Shown here: piece after piece, positions 13,602-25,790 of the stretch
Position numbering within the stretch: position 1 is the stretch's first letter
How the letters are laid out: every line of letters begins with the position of its first letter
NCBI RefSeq assembly: GCF_963921235.1
Contig: NC_086118.1
Location: 29,576,001-29,640,000, forward strand
Source: Mobula hypostoma
Lineage: Eukaryota
Direction of reading: 5' to 3'
Length of the DNA stretch: 64,000 bases
Translations under genes and position numbers: made by a program
The notes under the pieces: model-generated
What the model saw: the letters and a program-made list of their open reading frames with translations, nothing else
What the model was told of the DNA's origin: nothing
The model's database searches: none

Positions 13602-14264
13602 CGCTAAGGCACTAAATGGGAGTTCTCTTTTAATAAACATAGAATCCGGGAAACACATGCCAGTCACAATCAACTTGAACAGATGAAGCCAAAATCTCAA
13701 GGGTTTAAAGGCTTTGGTTAAGGTAATGATTAGTAAATACAGGTGCTCAAGAATCCAAGAAACTCAATGTTCTACCGCAAGTCGCAAAACTCATGACAAT
13801 AGCAATGTATTATGCAGGAAAGTGCATAGTGAAACACATATTTATTGTAAGAATTTTAGGAATCCGAATTTAGGCTACAAATGGAACAAGAAGAAAGAAT
13901 AGGTTTGCAAACTCCGGTCATATTTGCCAATTTAATACAGAGGGATGAACTATGATGTTTTTAAGCTGTTAGTTCTGTGAGTGAACTTTGAAGGGAGCTG
14001 ACTGAGAAAGAAGCAGCTACATAGCTCACCAAAGATTCTAAGATCTAAAATATATGCATTGCTTCCTCAGACATAAAGGAAATAAAATGGTTAAGTAAAA
14101 GGGTAACTAAATCCCAGAAGAAACTAAGTGGAAAATAATTGACACCAGACAGAACAAAGAAGCTAAGTGATACAAAATAGAAGCAAGTAGAGTTGTCTGA
14201 AAAGTTTAAATGTTCTCAGGAGATTCTGTTTCTCAGGAAGGTTTTGTTGGACTCGTGGGTTTTT

Positions 14265-14935
14265 TTTAGATTATGAGGACACTCAGTCCTCGTTTATTGT
14301 CATTTAGAAATGCATGCATTAAAAAATGATACAATGTTCCTCCAGAAAGGTATCACAGAAACACAGGACAAACCAAGACTAAAACTGACAAAACCACATA
14401 ATTATAACATATAGTTACAACAGCGCAAAGCAATACCGTAATTTGATAAAGAGCAGACCATGGGCATGGTAAAAAAAAGTCTCAAGTCCTGATAGCCCCA
14501 TCATCTCACACAGATGGTAGAAGAGAGAAACTCTCCCTGCCATGAACCTCCAAGCGCCGCAAACTTGCCGATGCAGCATCATTTGAGGCACCCAACCGCA
14601 GTGGACTCTGAGTCCGTCCAAAAACTTTGCGCCTCCGACCAGCCCTCCAACATCGAGCACTGAGCACCATCCTCTGCCGAGCGCTTCAACCCCGCCCCGG
14701 CTGCCGAGCAACAAGCAAAGCCGAGGACTTGGGGCCTTCTCCTCTGGAGATTCTGGATCACACAGTAGCAGTGGCGGTAAAACAGGCATTTCAGAAGTTT
14801 CACCAGATGTCCTCCGTGCTCTCACGTCTGTCTCCATCAAATCAGGATTGTGCACGGCACCCTACTTGACAGATAACAGATATTCATCACCGGAGTGGCC
14901 GCTGCGAGCTGTGTCACGCCGCCATCTTCTCCCTC
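14265..14935 (-). mobile_element. Young CpG-rich non-autonomous retroelement
   Basis: Minus strand starts GGGAGAAGATGGCGGCG; ends CAATAAA-GAGGAC/GTCCTC hairpin-ATCTA plus A-run; CpGs largely intact. Confidence 0.65.
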
Positions 14936-15847
14936 CTTTGTTGTTTTATGAAAACAGTTGAAGTGTGAAGTCATCATCTGTAAAAGCCAAGTTTATAGAA
15001 AGGCAAAGAACAACTAGGTTACTCACAAGAACACAAGATCACAAGACAAAGGAGCAGAAGTAGACCATTTGGCCCATCGAGTCTGCTCCGCAGCTCCCCC
15101 AGGAGCTAAACTATTCACCCATCTAGTTCCAATTTCCGGCTTTTTCCCCATATCCCTTGTTACTCAGGGTGCATTTTGAGTTATGATCTCTGTCTGCAGA
15201 ATTGAAAGGAAAAAGCTCTGGAATTGTCATAATAAATAGAAAGGACAAAGGCTTGCCATGACATGTATACTAATAAATTAAAGCTAAAATTGACTGTTAA
15301 GCAGCATGAAAGAATGAGAGAAGTACATATAGTGGAAAGAAATGAATTACTATGTTCAAGTAACACACCAATTTGCTTAAAAAAAAAATCAAGGGGAAGG
15401 TTCAACAAACCTGCCAGCTGTCTGAAATGTTCAAGTGAAGTTGTACTTGCCTCAGCGGTGTTATCACTACATCTAGTGCATTGCCACTGTTTGATTTTTT
15501 GGATGTAACATTACTGATGTGGATTGCTGTTGAATGTCTGCAAAGTCCTAGTAAACAAATGGATAACTTCCTTTACTCAAAAAACTCAGAGGAAAGCAAA
15601 TAAGCAGCACTGCAATTGAGAAAAGAAAAATCCAAAAGCAAGAACAAAAATCAAAGATTCAATTTCCTGATCCTATTCAGATCACTTCCTCATGGGTGGC
15701 CAGTCATTCAATTCATTCATCCTGCCTAGACTAAAAAATTTTAATCACTGTTGCTGCTGATTTCAACCCCACTTCCACCATTACAAGATCTGTCTCCAAC
15801 CGTTCCTTTTTGTTCAATGACTTTATCTACCTTAATTTAGGGAAACA

Positions 15848-16125
15848 CACTCAGTGCCCACGTTATTAGATACCTCCTAATAAACTGGCCACTGAGTGCA
15901 TGATTATGGTCTTCTGCTGCTGTAGCCCACCCACTTCAAGGTTCAAGGTTTGACATACTGTGCATTCAGAGATGCTCTTCTGCACACAACTGTTGTAACG
16001 TGTGAGTTACTGTTGTAACATGTGAGTTACTGTTGCCTTCCTGCCTGCTTGTTGAGTCTGGTCATTCTCTGCTGACCTCTCTTATTAATAAGACATTTTC
16101 ACCCACAGAAATGCTACTCACTGGA
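15848..16125. mobile_element. Tc1-derived non-autonomous element fragment with palindromic end
   Basis: CACTCAGTGCCCACGTTATTAG...CTAATAAACTGGCCACTGAGTG inverted motif at 15848-15898. Confidence 0.55.
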
Positions 16126-16149
16126 TGTCTTTTGACTTACTGGATGTTT

Positions 16150-16600
16150 TGACATTGACTCCTCAAACTTCCGCTAATGCCCCACCTCCCCCTCGTACCC
16201 CATTCGTTATTTATTTATATACACACATTATTTCTCTCTCTCTCCTTTTTCTCCCTCTGTCCCTCTCACTATACCCCTTGCCCATCCTCTGGGTTTTCCC
16301 CCCCTCCCCCTTTTCTTTCTCCCTGGGCCTCCTGTCCCATGATCCTCTCATATCCCTTTTGTCAATCACCTGTCCAGCTCTTGGCTTCATCCCTCCCCCT
16401 CCTGTCTTCTCCTATCATTTTGGATCTCCCCCTCCCCCTTTCAAATCTCTTACTAGCTCTTCTTTCAGTTAGTCCTGACGAAGGGTCTCAGCCCAAAACA
16501 TCGACTGTACCTCTTCCTAGAGATGCTGCCTGGCCTGCTGTGTTCACCAGCAACTTTGATGGTGTCACTTGAAGTTCCAGCATCTGCAGAATTCCTCGTG
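16150..16600 (+). mobile_element. Penelope-type terminal repeat (pyrimidine-rich tract, decayed hammerhead motif, tail)
   Basis: Closely similar to 59325-59525; AGTC-CTGACGA-AGGGTCTCAGCCC-AAAACATC-GACT at 16471-16506. Confidence 0.8.
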
Positions 16601-18571
16601 TGTGGATGTTTTTTTCTTGTTTTTCTGAAAAGTCTAGAAACTGTTGTGCAGCATGCACCACGATCGTTTATGATCAGAACATCACAAGGTGACAGGAGTA
16701 TGCTCATGCAACTTCAAAGTCCATGGAAAGAAGAGAAAGAAATAGAGTAGACCAAGACCACTTACCTGAGGTGGACACACCTGATTAAAAATCTCCATCC
16801 GCTCCAACACTTCCAGGAACCTATACCAGATCGGGTGGCTTATCTGTTCCACCACAGAGATATACTCCATAGCCTAATAGCTTAGGGCAAGTGACTAAAG
16901 GGGCAGAATAATCCTCTCACTTTGCCAGAGTATTCAGGTAGTCCACCCTGACCTCCATTAGACGTAGCATTTTTAAAAGGAATTCTAATGTTGAAAACAT
17001 TTCACAAAATGAGACTGTTCTTTAAAACAAAAGGAATTGGTGAAAGAAGGAGTAAAACAAACAGCAAGACAGTTATAATGCTGGCAATTCTTTTTTATGT
17101 TTATGTAAGGAGCACAAGTTACGTGCTATGGGTAAGGTGAACTGGATCGCTCAATTTCAGTGACTATAATTTCAATGCAGTTCTATGGACAAGAAGTACA
17201 TACCTGGTTATTCATTTTTTGTCAAGAAGGGGAGATGTAGTGGTAGTTAATAGTGTTATTCCTATACCTCTCGGTTAAGCACTCCCACATAGGAGGAGCT
17301 TACCTACTGTACAAGTAGGGTTGTCAATAAAGTTCATTGAGTGTCCTGCATGCTGGCATCCTGGTGTGCTCTGCACTATCTCTCAGTAATGAACACAATA
17401 TATTTCTGCTGAGGAGCCTCAGCCCAAGACGTTGACTGTACCCTTTTCCATAGATGTTGCCTGATCTGCTGAGTTCCTCCAGCATTTTTGTGTGTGTTGC
17501 TTGAAATTCCAGCATCTCCAGATTTTCTCTTGTTTGTGATTGGACAATACATTTCTTCCCTACTTTAATTTAATGTGTGGTCTGAACGATTGAACCCCTT
17601 CACTATTAGCATTAAGTTGGTGCCACATGATTGACCAATTAGATATTTGCATTAATAGGCAGTTGTACAGGTTTACCACAAAAATGACCACTGAGCGTAT
17701 GTTAACATTGATTATCTCATGAGTTACCATGGTCACTTTCAGTATAGTTGCTTCAACTTTCCTTCCTGTAACAACTCCTTTCCATTCTCCCAGTTTCTCC
17801 AAAACCATCGCATCTTTTCTTGACAACAACACCTTCCGCACACAGCCTCCAGTACAGATTCCTTTTCTTTCAACTCTGCTTTCTTTATGCCATATTTGAC
17901 TGTTCCCATCCATGTAGAAACATAGAAACATAGAAAACCTACAGCACAATACAGGTCCTTCGGCCCACAAAGCTGTGCCGAACATGTCCTTACCTTAGAA
18001 CTACCTAGGCTTACCCAGAGCCCTCTAAGCTCCAAGTACATTCACCATCCCACATTCTTAAATCCTCTCTTACCCAGAACCAGGATAGATTTATAATGAA
18101 AGGTCATGGTTCATAAACTCTAACTGTTTCTTTCTCCACTCATGCTGCCTGAAGTGATAGTTTGATGAAAGGCATGGGGCATTTGAAATTCAGCAATGTG
18201 TTACCCAATGGCTTCTAATCTGTATATGGATTATTATTATTCTAAGTTACAGGTGCAAATTAGAGTCTATAAGCAGTATTAAACTGAATAGATAAAGACA
18301 AACGTAGAAATATATAGGTTGACAAAAAAATTACATCAAAGATGGAAGTGATAGGCAAACAAGACGTTATAAATCAGGATATGTTCAACTGTATTTTTTA
18401 CTGATTGGATTGTAGGGGCAAGGCAATGGGAGCTAATAATTACACTCTATGTGCACTTGTAACAGAAATGAATAAAGCATATTTAAGACAGTATTGAATA
18501 TTGGGAGGAAAATGCAAGTCAAAAGCATTACTGACATTAGCACAGAGGAAAAAATGGAAAATATAACAGAA

Positions 18572-18671
18572 ACACAAAATAATCTGCAGATGCTGGGGTC
18601 AAAGCAACACTCACAACATGCTGGAGGAACTCAGCAGGTCAGGCAGCATCCGTGGAAACGATCAGTCAACT
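18572..18671 (-). mobile_element. Short Penelope-type repeat with 15-bp TSD
   Basis: TSD GAAAATATAACAGAA at 18557-18571 and 18672-18686. Confidence 0.85.
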
Positions 18672-18954
18672 GAAAATATAACAGAAGTACCAGAGTGCAC
18701 CTGATACATATGGAACTGGTTCCAAATGTGAATCGATACATTTAAGAGAGAAAATTGAAAGGAAAAGCAAATCCAACAATAAATTTCAAATTCACCTAGA
18801 ATGTTTGGCTGTAGGATTCTAACATTGTTCAGGAGTATTCTGAAGTTATGTGGAAATAACAAACATTTGTTCAATAAAGAACCAGTCTTCAGTTCTTATT
18901 CAGGATGCTTGCAATTAATCTTCAGCTCTCATTGTAAATTGAAAGCAGTGAATT

Positions 18955-19230
18955 TATTTATTGCCGGACAGCACGGAATAGGCCTTTCTGGTTCTTCAAG
19001 CCACGCCATCCAGCAACCTTCCGATTTTAACCCTGGCCAAATCACAGGACAATTTACAATGAGCAATTAACCTACCAGTCGGTATGTCTTTGAACTGTGG
19101 GAGGAGCATCCGGAGGAAACCCACATGGTCATGGAGAGAATATACAAATTCCTCACAGGCAGCAGCAGGAATTGAACCCAGATCACTGGTACTATGAGGT
19201 GTTGTGCAAACCACTATGCTACCGTACTGC
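18955..19230 (-). mobile_element. tRNA-derived SINE (V-SINE-like)
   Basis: A-box-like GGTAGCATAGTGG, B-box GGTTCAATTCC, central GTGGGTTTCCTCCGG...CCCACAGTTCAAAGACAT. Confidence 0.75.
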
Positions 19231-20137
19231 TATTGCAAAATTAATTTGAGTTGAAGTTAAACTGCCCCACAGACTAAGAGAGTGCATATCCAACCACCAA
19301 ACATCAAGACGATGGGATTATATTAATTGACTCGCATCAAACCAGGCAACACGGCTAAGTGATTGATTATGGTATGGTGCGGCGTGGCGTGGGTGTTTGT
19401 TTCTGTGTTTTGTGCAAGGGACCAGTTACCAGACATCGCTGGATAGTTTGGCGAAACAGGGCAGGCAGTTGTGAAAGGTGGTTACTGAGCATTTGGGACG
19501 CCAGAGGGAGCACGTATACTCAACCAGTGGGCAATGGATTAAGTGTAGTGTGGCTACTGAGAACACTTATGTGGTGTGGGAAATACTGTTTGGAATTCCA
19601 TAGTGTGTGTGTGTACTCATTCAGGAATTATTTTTGTGTGTCTGTGTGTGGGAAAATCTGAGAATCAAAGCCTAAGGGGGTGATATAGCAGAAATATTTA
19701 ACTTTCTACATAAAAGGGATACAGCAACATAATTGAGCCCATAATGAAGAGAGGAGAACTCACTGAGTAGATATTTCATAAAGTTGAGAAGGTTAAAAAG
19801 GGAATGAATAGAGCTGGGTGGGTTAAGACCTGGAGTCCAGAGGAACATTGGCAGTGGTAGAAAAGCCAATCAGGGAGGAAGGGAGATAAACCAGCAGTCA
19901 ACCTATGTTATGTGTATTTATGAGAGAGAACGAAGTGTCAAGAACTATATAATGTAGAAATAGAGCTACAGACGAAAAGGGAAGAATACAGAGAACAGCA
20001 AACCAGTGAACAAGTAGACCTGGACAGAATGAACATAGAACATAGAACAATTAAAGCACTTAGAGAGTGGTATGGGTGAAAAACAGGCAGGGCAATCAGA
20101 ACAAAAATGAATTAAGTCAGGGATTTGTGCAGAGGTA

Positions 20138-21850
20138 TAGTAGTGCTCGAAAGTTTGTGAACCCTGTGGAGATTTCTCTACTTCTGCATAAATATGATTT
20201 AAAATGTGATCAGCTCTTCATGCAAGTCCAAAACTAGATAGAGAGAACCTAATTAAATAAATAGCACAAAAACATTATACTTGTTTGTTTATTTATTGAG
20301 AAAATGATCCAATATTACATGTATTTGTTGGAAAAAGTATGTGAACTTCTGGGGTAATTCCTTCTACGAAAGCTATTTGGAGTCAGGTGTTCCAATCAAT
20401 GAGATGAGATTGGAGGTGTGGGTTGTAGAGGTGCCCTGCCCTATAAAGACACACAAAGTCAGGTTACTGACAGAGCCTGTTCTTCTCAAGAAAGATCTGC
20501 TTATGTGCACCATGCATCGATCAAAAAAACTTTCAGAGAACCTTAGAAGAGGAATTGTAGAGATGCATGAAGCTGGAAAAGGCTACAAAAGCATTTCTAA
20601 AGACCCGAGTTTTCATCAGTCCACAGTAAGAGAAATTGTTTACAAATGGAGGAAACTCAGTACTTTTGCTATTCTCCCTAGAAGTGGGCATCCTGCAAAG
20701 ATCACACCAAGAGCACAACGTGCAGTGCTGAAAGTGGTGAAAAAGAACCCAATGGTACCAACAAAAGACCTGCAGAAATCTCTAGAACTTGCTAAAGTCT
20801 CTGCTCATGTGTCCACCATAAGAAAAACACCGAACAAGAATGATGTTCGTGGAAGGACACCACAGAGGAAACCACTGCTCTCCAAAAAACACAGTGCTAC
20901 ACATCTCAAGTTTGCAAAAGACCACTTGGATGTTTTACAATGCTTCTGGGACAATGTTCTGTGGACAGATGAGACAAATATTGAACTTTTTGGCAGAAAT
21001 GCACATTGCTATGTTTGGAGGGAAAAGGGCACTGCACAGCAACAACTGCATCCCAATTGTGAAGCATGGAGGAAGGAGCATCATGGTTTGGGGCTGCTTT
21101 GCTGCCTCAGGGTCTGGACAGCTTGCAATTGTTGAGGGAACAATGAATTCAAAATTGAATCAAGACATTTTACAGGAGAATGTCAGTGTAGCAGTCCATC
21201 ACCTTGAAGCTTAATAGAAGTTGGATAATGCAACAAAACAATGATCTGAAAGACGAGAGTAAATCATCAACAGACTGACTTCGTCCTGATGAAGGGTCTC
21301 GGATCGAAATGTTGACTGTACCTGTTCCTATAGATGCTGCCTGGTCTGCTGCGTTCACCAGCAACTTTTATGTGTGTTGCTTAAAAAGAGGAAAATTCAT
21401 GTTTTGGAATGGCCAAGTAAAAGTGCTGAACTTAATCCTACAGAAATTTTGTGGAGGACCTGAAACAAGCAGTTCATGCAAGGAAACCCACCAACATACC
21501 AGTGTTGAAGCAGTTTTGTAAGGAGGAAAGGCCTAAAAATTCCTCCAAGCCGATGCGCAGGACTGATCAACAGTTACTGGAAATGTTTGGTTGAAGTTAC
21601 TGCTGTACAAGGAGATCACACCAGTTACTGAAAGTTAAGGTTCACATACTCTTTCCAACAAATATATGTAATATTAGATCATTTTTCTCAATAAATAAAT
21701 GAACAAGTATAATTTTTTCGTGTTATTTATTTAATTGTGTTCTCTTCATCTAGTTTTAGGACTTACATGAAGATTTGATCACATTTTAGGTCATATTTAT
21801 GCAGAAATAAAAAAAATTCTACAGGGTTCACAAACTTTCTAGCACTACTG
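20138..21850 (+). mobile_element. Full-length Tc1-like transposon with ~210-bp TIRs, inserted in ERV gag
   Basis: TA TSD (20136-37, 21851-52); TIRs (T/C)AGTAGTGCT.GAAAGTTTGTGAACCCTGT... at both ends; transposase remnant from ATG 20512 with WDNVLWTDET and VKHGGRSIMVWGCF. Confidence 0.95.
20512..21625 (+). pseudogene. Tc1 transposase pseudogene (frameshifts, stops, repeat insertion)
   Basis: ORFs 20341..21135 and 20840..21214 carry paired-like DNA-binding and DDE-domain motifs; a Penelope-type repeat interrupts it at ~21281-21380. Confidence 0.88.
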
Positions 21851-22859
21851 TAAAAACAATCAGGCCTGGCAGGTGGGTGCTCACTGGGCAGAAGCCATGA
21901 GAATAATTGCTGAGGAAGGTGATAAGGTAAATTGGGAAGTTCTGGACAGCCACTCACACTCACCATCACCATCACTATCCACAGACCCTTCACCCCCAGG
22001 GGAAAAGCAGAGTATTCTATCCAAACTGCCCTCCCTTTGAATTGTATTTGACAATGCAGAATTTTGGCGCAAGTTAGAAAAAATGATTTAAGTCACCAGA
22101 TGCATCCCAAAGACATTCACATATTGACTAAAGCTAAATGCCTGAGATATACATGGGACAGAATGACCCCAAGGGTGTGTGATGGAACATGACCAACTCA
22201 TGGGAATGCCAGTAAGGAGGAGAGGTATCAGAACTTTATGGAAATAGTGAGGCAGTGATTGAAAGGAGGTGGGAGTGACTAGGGAATGATAATGTCTGTT
22301 ATTAAGAAGATGAATTAACCTGCCATGCAGAGTGAAAATACTGGGCCTATGAGGAATACTCGGGGCTAGGCAATCTGTGGAGGGATGATCCAGTTTTCCT
22401 GAAAATGCTCAAGGAAGGGCTGAGCTCATCCCACCAGTAGGTTTTACACTTGGGGATAACTGTGGGATCCACCTACTCCACATTAGTTTCATGGGCTGTG
22501 GAAATAGATTGAAGGAGAAGGATGAAGGGACATCATGTGGTGGTCGTGAATATAGCTGCTGCAAGGACACAGAGTTGCTTTGTGTGCCAGCAAACGGTGC
22601 AGTAAGGAAATAAATAATTGCCAGAACAGACATAGGAGGGTAAAGACGATGGTTTGCTACAGCTGTGGCCTCTCAACAGGAAGGAAGGAAGGACGGACGG
22701 CAGGCGTGACAGTCACCCATTAGGACAGGCAGAAATCACAGCAGAATTTTCTCTACCCATATTGACCACTGACCAGATTATAGAACTGGTAAAAACAGCA
22801 TCCAGGTCAGACAAACAGCTATCGGTAACCCCCTTGGTCATCATTGGTGATGCACAGAG

Positions 22860-25790
22860 GTATGTAACAGCATTGTTAGGGGGCCAGCAATGTTAGTGGA
22901 CACAGGGGCATTAGTATCTGACTACCCTTATCAACAACCAGAAAGGCCATCTATATTACAGGTGTAGGGGCGAAGCGATGACAGCAGAACAAGAGTGAAC
23001 CTCTAGTTTTTGAAATCGGGTAAGAGCATCTCCGGGTTCGTTTCTGAGTCTGTCCAAACAATGAGGGTACCATCCTGGGAATAGTTGGATTAGGGAAGGC
23101 AAGTGCCAACATAGATTCAGGAGGGAGAAATTATATGGACAAGTCAGGGTAGGCAAACATGTAGAACCTCCAGAGTTTACAATGTGGTCCGTGTAGCTGC
23201 AGCAGCTCTGAGAAGCAGAGATTGGAGCAAGAAAGGTATGTATGGGCTACTCTGTCAGCAGTTCCCAAGGGTATGGGCCAGACACAAACAAGACTGTGGG
23301 CAGAATTGACTCAGTTAAAATAGAAGGGGCACTGCATAAGCCCCACAGACAATACCCCATACAGAGTGACACATTGGTAGCTGTTCACCATACAGTAAAG
23401 GAATTGAAACAACTCATCCATGTGACCAGTAAGGAAGTCAGATGGATCCTGCTGGTTGACCAAAGATTACGCTGCTCTCAATATGACTGCACCACAATGG
23501 CATCCCATTGCGGGCAGCCCATCAGCAGAGATACCAGAATTTGCAGCACTGGTGGCCCCAATATAGGCTTCAATCAAAGGAGGGAAGCCCCCTCTGCAGA
23601 AGCAAAGACTACAGCAATAAGGAAGGATCCTACAGTCCTGTGCCTCAGGACCATGGAGACACAAAGAGGCCAGTAGCATACTACTCAACAAAACAGCCTC
23701 CTACAAGAGGTAGCAGGACTTCCCTGGTGTGTTGCAGACTGGCTAAGCGGGTTTCTGAGCCTGTAGTAATGGTGGGGCAGCTCATGTTACACCCTCCACA
23801 CAGCATTGTAGAGCTCCTGAATACTGGGAGGCTGAGAGCAGTCATGGACAGTCGGCCAGCAGCTTAGGAGGCAGTTCTCAACCCCAAAGACAAATCAGTA
23901 ACAATAGTGAGACACTGGAGTGAAGCCCACAAGTACAAAGGAACAGGGGGTGAGACACACGCAAAAAAAAGCAAGAGATGGATACTGGTGCACAGAAAAC
24001 ACCACTGGAAGGGAAAGTAGCAGAAATATTTACAAATGGGTCCCGATGTTTCATAGATGGGAAGCTATGGACCGGATGGGCTGTGATGACAGTGACAGGA
24101 GAAGAATTAGCTGCAGGAGCACTGTCAGGACAATGTTCAGCTCAGATGGCAGAACTAGTGGCTTTAATAAATGGCAGGGGGAGCAAAGTGAATGTAACGT
24201 TCAGTTATATTGGCTCGTGTATGTCTAGGGGAAATCCAGCCCAGCACCCGCCTCAACACTCCCCACAGGGTCGGTTGCCACCCGAATCAATCACAAACAT
24301 CAATCATCAGCCAGCACACCCAGTAAATTTTACCAAATACACTTTATAGATATTACTAATTCTATGACATTAATATACATTTGATACAGAGAGGAAAGTA
24401 ATGAAAAAAAGGCGCCAACACTTATCAAAGTCCAAGTTCTTTGCGCGCTATGTTGGAGCTCAATTCGACTTTAGACGACCACCCGAATTCCGTCGACTCA
24501 CGGCTCGGGACCACCCTGAGTGATCGACCGGAGCCTCTCCACACGTCTGCGGTCTTCCTCGTCTCTCCTCCGACTCCCCGCCAAAACTCAGTCCACAGTC
24601 ATATCATACAGCATGGTATCCGAAAACAAAACGATACATAACCACCCATTGGCTAATAGAATCCTGTTACCTCATTTTAAAATAAAACAAACTGTTAGCG
24701 CAAACTCTCTTCAACGTTAAAGCACAACAAAGCCACATTCCCCAGATTAACATAACAAAGTCGCCATTTTAAATGTAACAAAAGAAAGACCCTGTACATG
24801 AACATACACACAGACAGCAGGTACGCCTTTCGGGTGGTGAAAGATTACCTGATGGCATGGACACAAAGAGGGTTCGTAACCTCTAAAGGTGCAGGTATTC
24901 AGCACGGGCATCTAATACAAGAACTGCTAGAAGCAGTGAAGTTGCCTGCAGAGGTAGCAGCGATTAAAGGCTCACCAGAAAATGCAAAGTAAGAGCAGCA
25001 AGGGAATGAATAGGCAGAGGTCAGGGCAAAAAGATCAGCAGAAGAACACGAGCCAAAAGAAATTGCTAGGCCGGAAGGAAACCCTACTGAAGTCAATCCA
25101 GTAAAACTAAATGGGGATGTAGAGAAGAAAAGGCTGAGGAGTGGAGGAACAAAAGAGGAACCAGATGGTAACTAGATAAAAGGGGAAGGAGTAGCTGTAG
25201 CCCCAGCATGTGTTAGGCAGACACTGCTAAAGTCATATCACAGGGTGGTCCATCAGGGAAGGCACAATATGGTTACAACCCTCCAGTAGTCTTGCTGTTG
25301 GCCAAAGATGGGAAGGGACTTTGAGAAATTTTATTGGAGATGTATCATTTGTTCCCAATATAACCCTGGTGGGGAATAAAGGTGTGGCTAGAAAACAGCC
25401 ACAGCTGAGGGGGCCCTGGGAAAACATCCAGATCAGCTTCACGGGGCACCTGCTAGTAAGCAGGATAAAGCTACTGTCTGGTTATTATGGATCACTTCAC
25501 CCGGTGGCTAGAGGCTTTCCCAATGAGATTGTACCACCAGCAAAGCAGCAAGGATTTTAGCTCGGGAAATCCTCCCCAGATGGGTGGACTGGGATCAGGG
25601 AGCATATTTCACAAGGAAAGTGATGAAGGAAATATGGAAGATGTTACGGATTCAACAACAATTTCATGAAACCTACTACCCTCAGAGCTCAGGAATGGTA
25701 CAATGATGAACTGAACAATCAAAACTGCCTTAGCTAAAGCTATAACAGACAGGAAAGACATGAGTTGATGTATTACCAGGAATCCTGATA
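22860..25790 (+). pseudogene. pol: Retroviral pro-pol pseudogene (PR, partial RT with YxDD core deleted, connection, RNase H, integrase)
   Basis: Motifs in retroviral order across frameshifts and stops; ORF fragments 23242..23676, 23508..23867, 23978..24349, 24798..24992, 25321..25560, 25487..25669. Confidence 0.88.
24193..24798. mobile_element. Solo LTR (606 bp) inserted into ERV RNase H; probably minus orientation
   Basis: TGTA...TACA termini; 4-bp TSD TGAA (24189-24192 and 24799-24802); removal restores K-V-N-I-H-T-D-S-R-Y; CpG-rich. Confidence 0.9.

Noticed and set aside
14415..14869. Overlapping 74-146 aa ORFs and CpG-island-like composition as a gene or promoter
   Set aside because: They fall inside a GC-rich interspersed repeat with a retroelement-type tail, and no protein family is recognisable.
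19370..19470. Primer-binding site or 5' LTR for the ERV (TGGTGCGGCG..., TGGCGAAACAGGGCAGG)
   Set aside because: Only partial resemblance to tRNA 3' ends, and no matching 3' LTR; cannot be assigned.
20341..21135. Longest ORF in the window (264 aa) as a host gene
   Set aside because: It is a frameshifted Tc1 transposase between TIRs.
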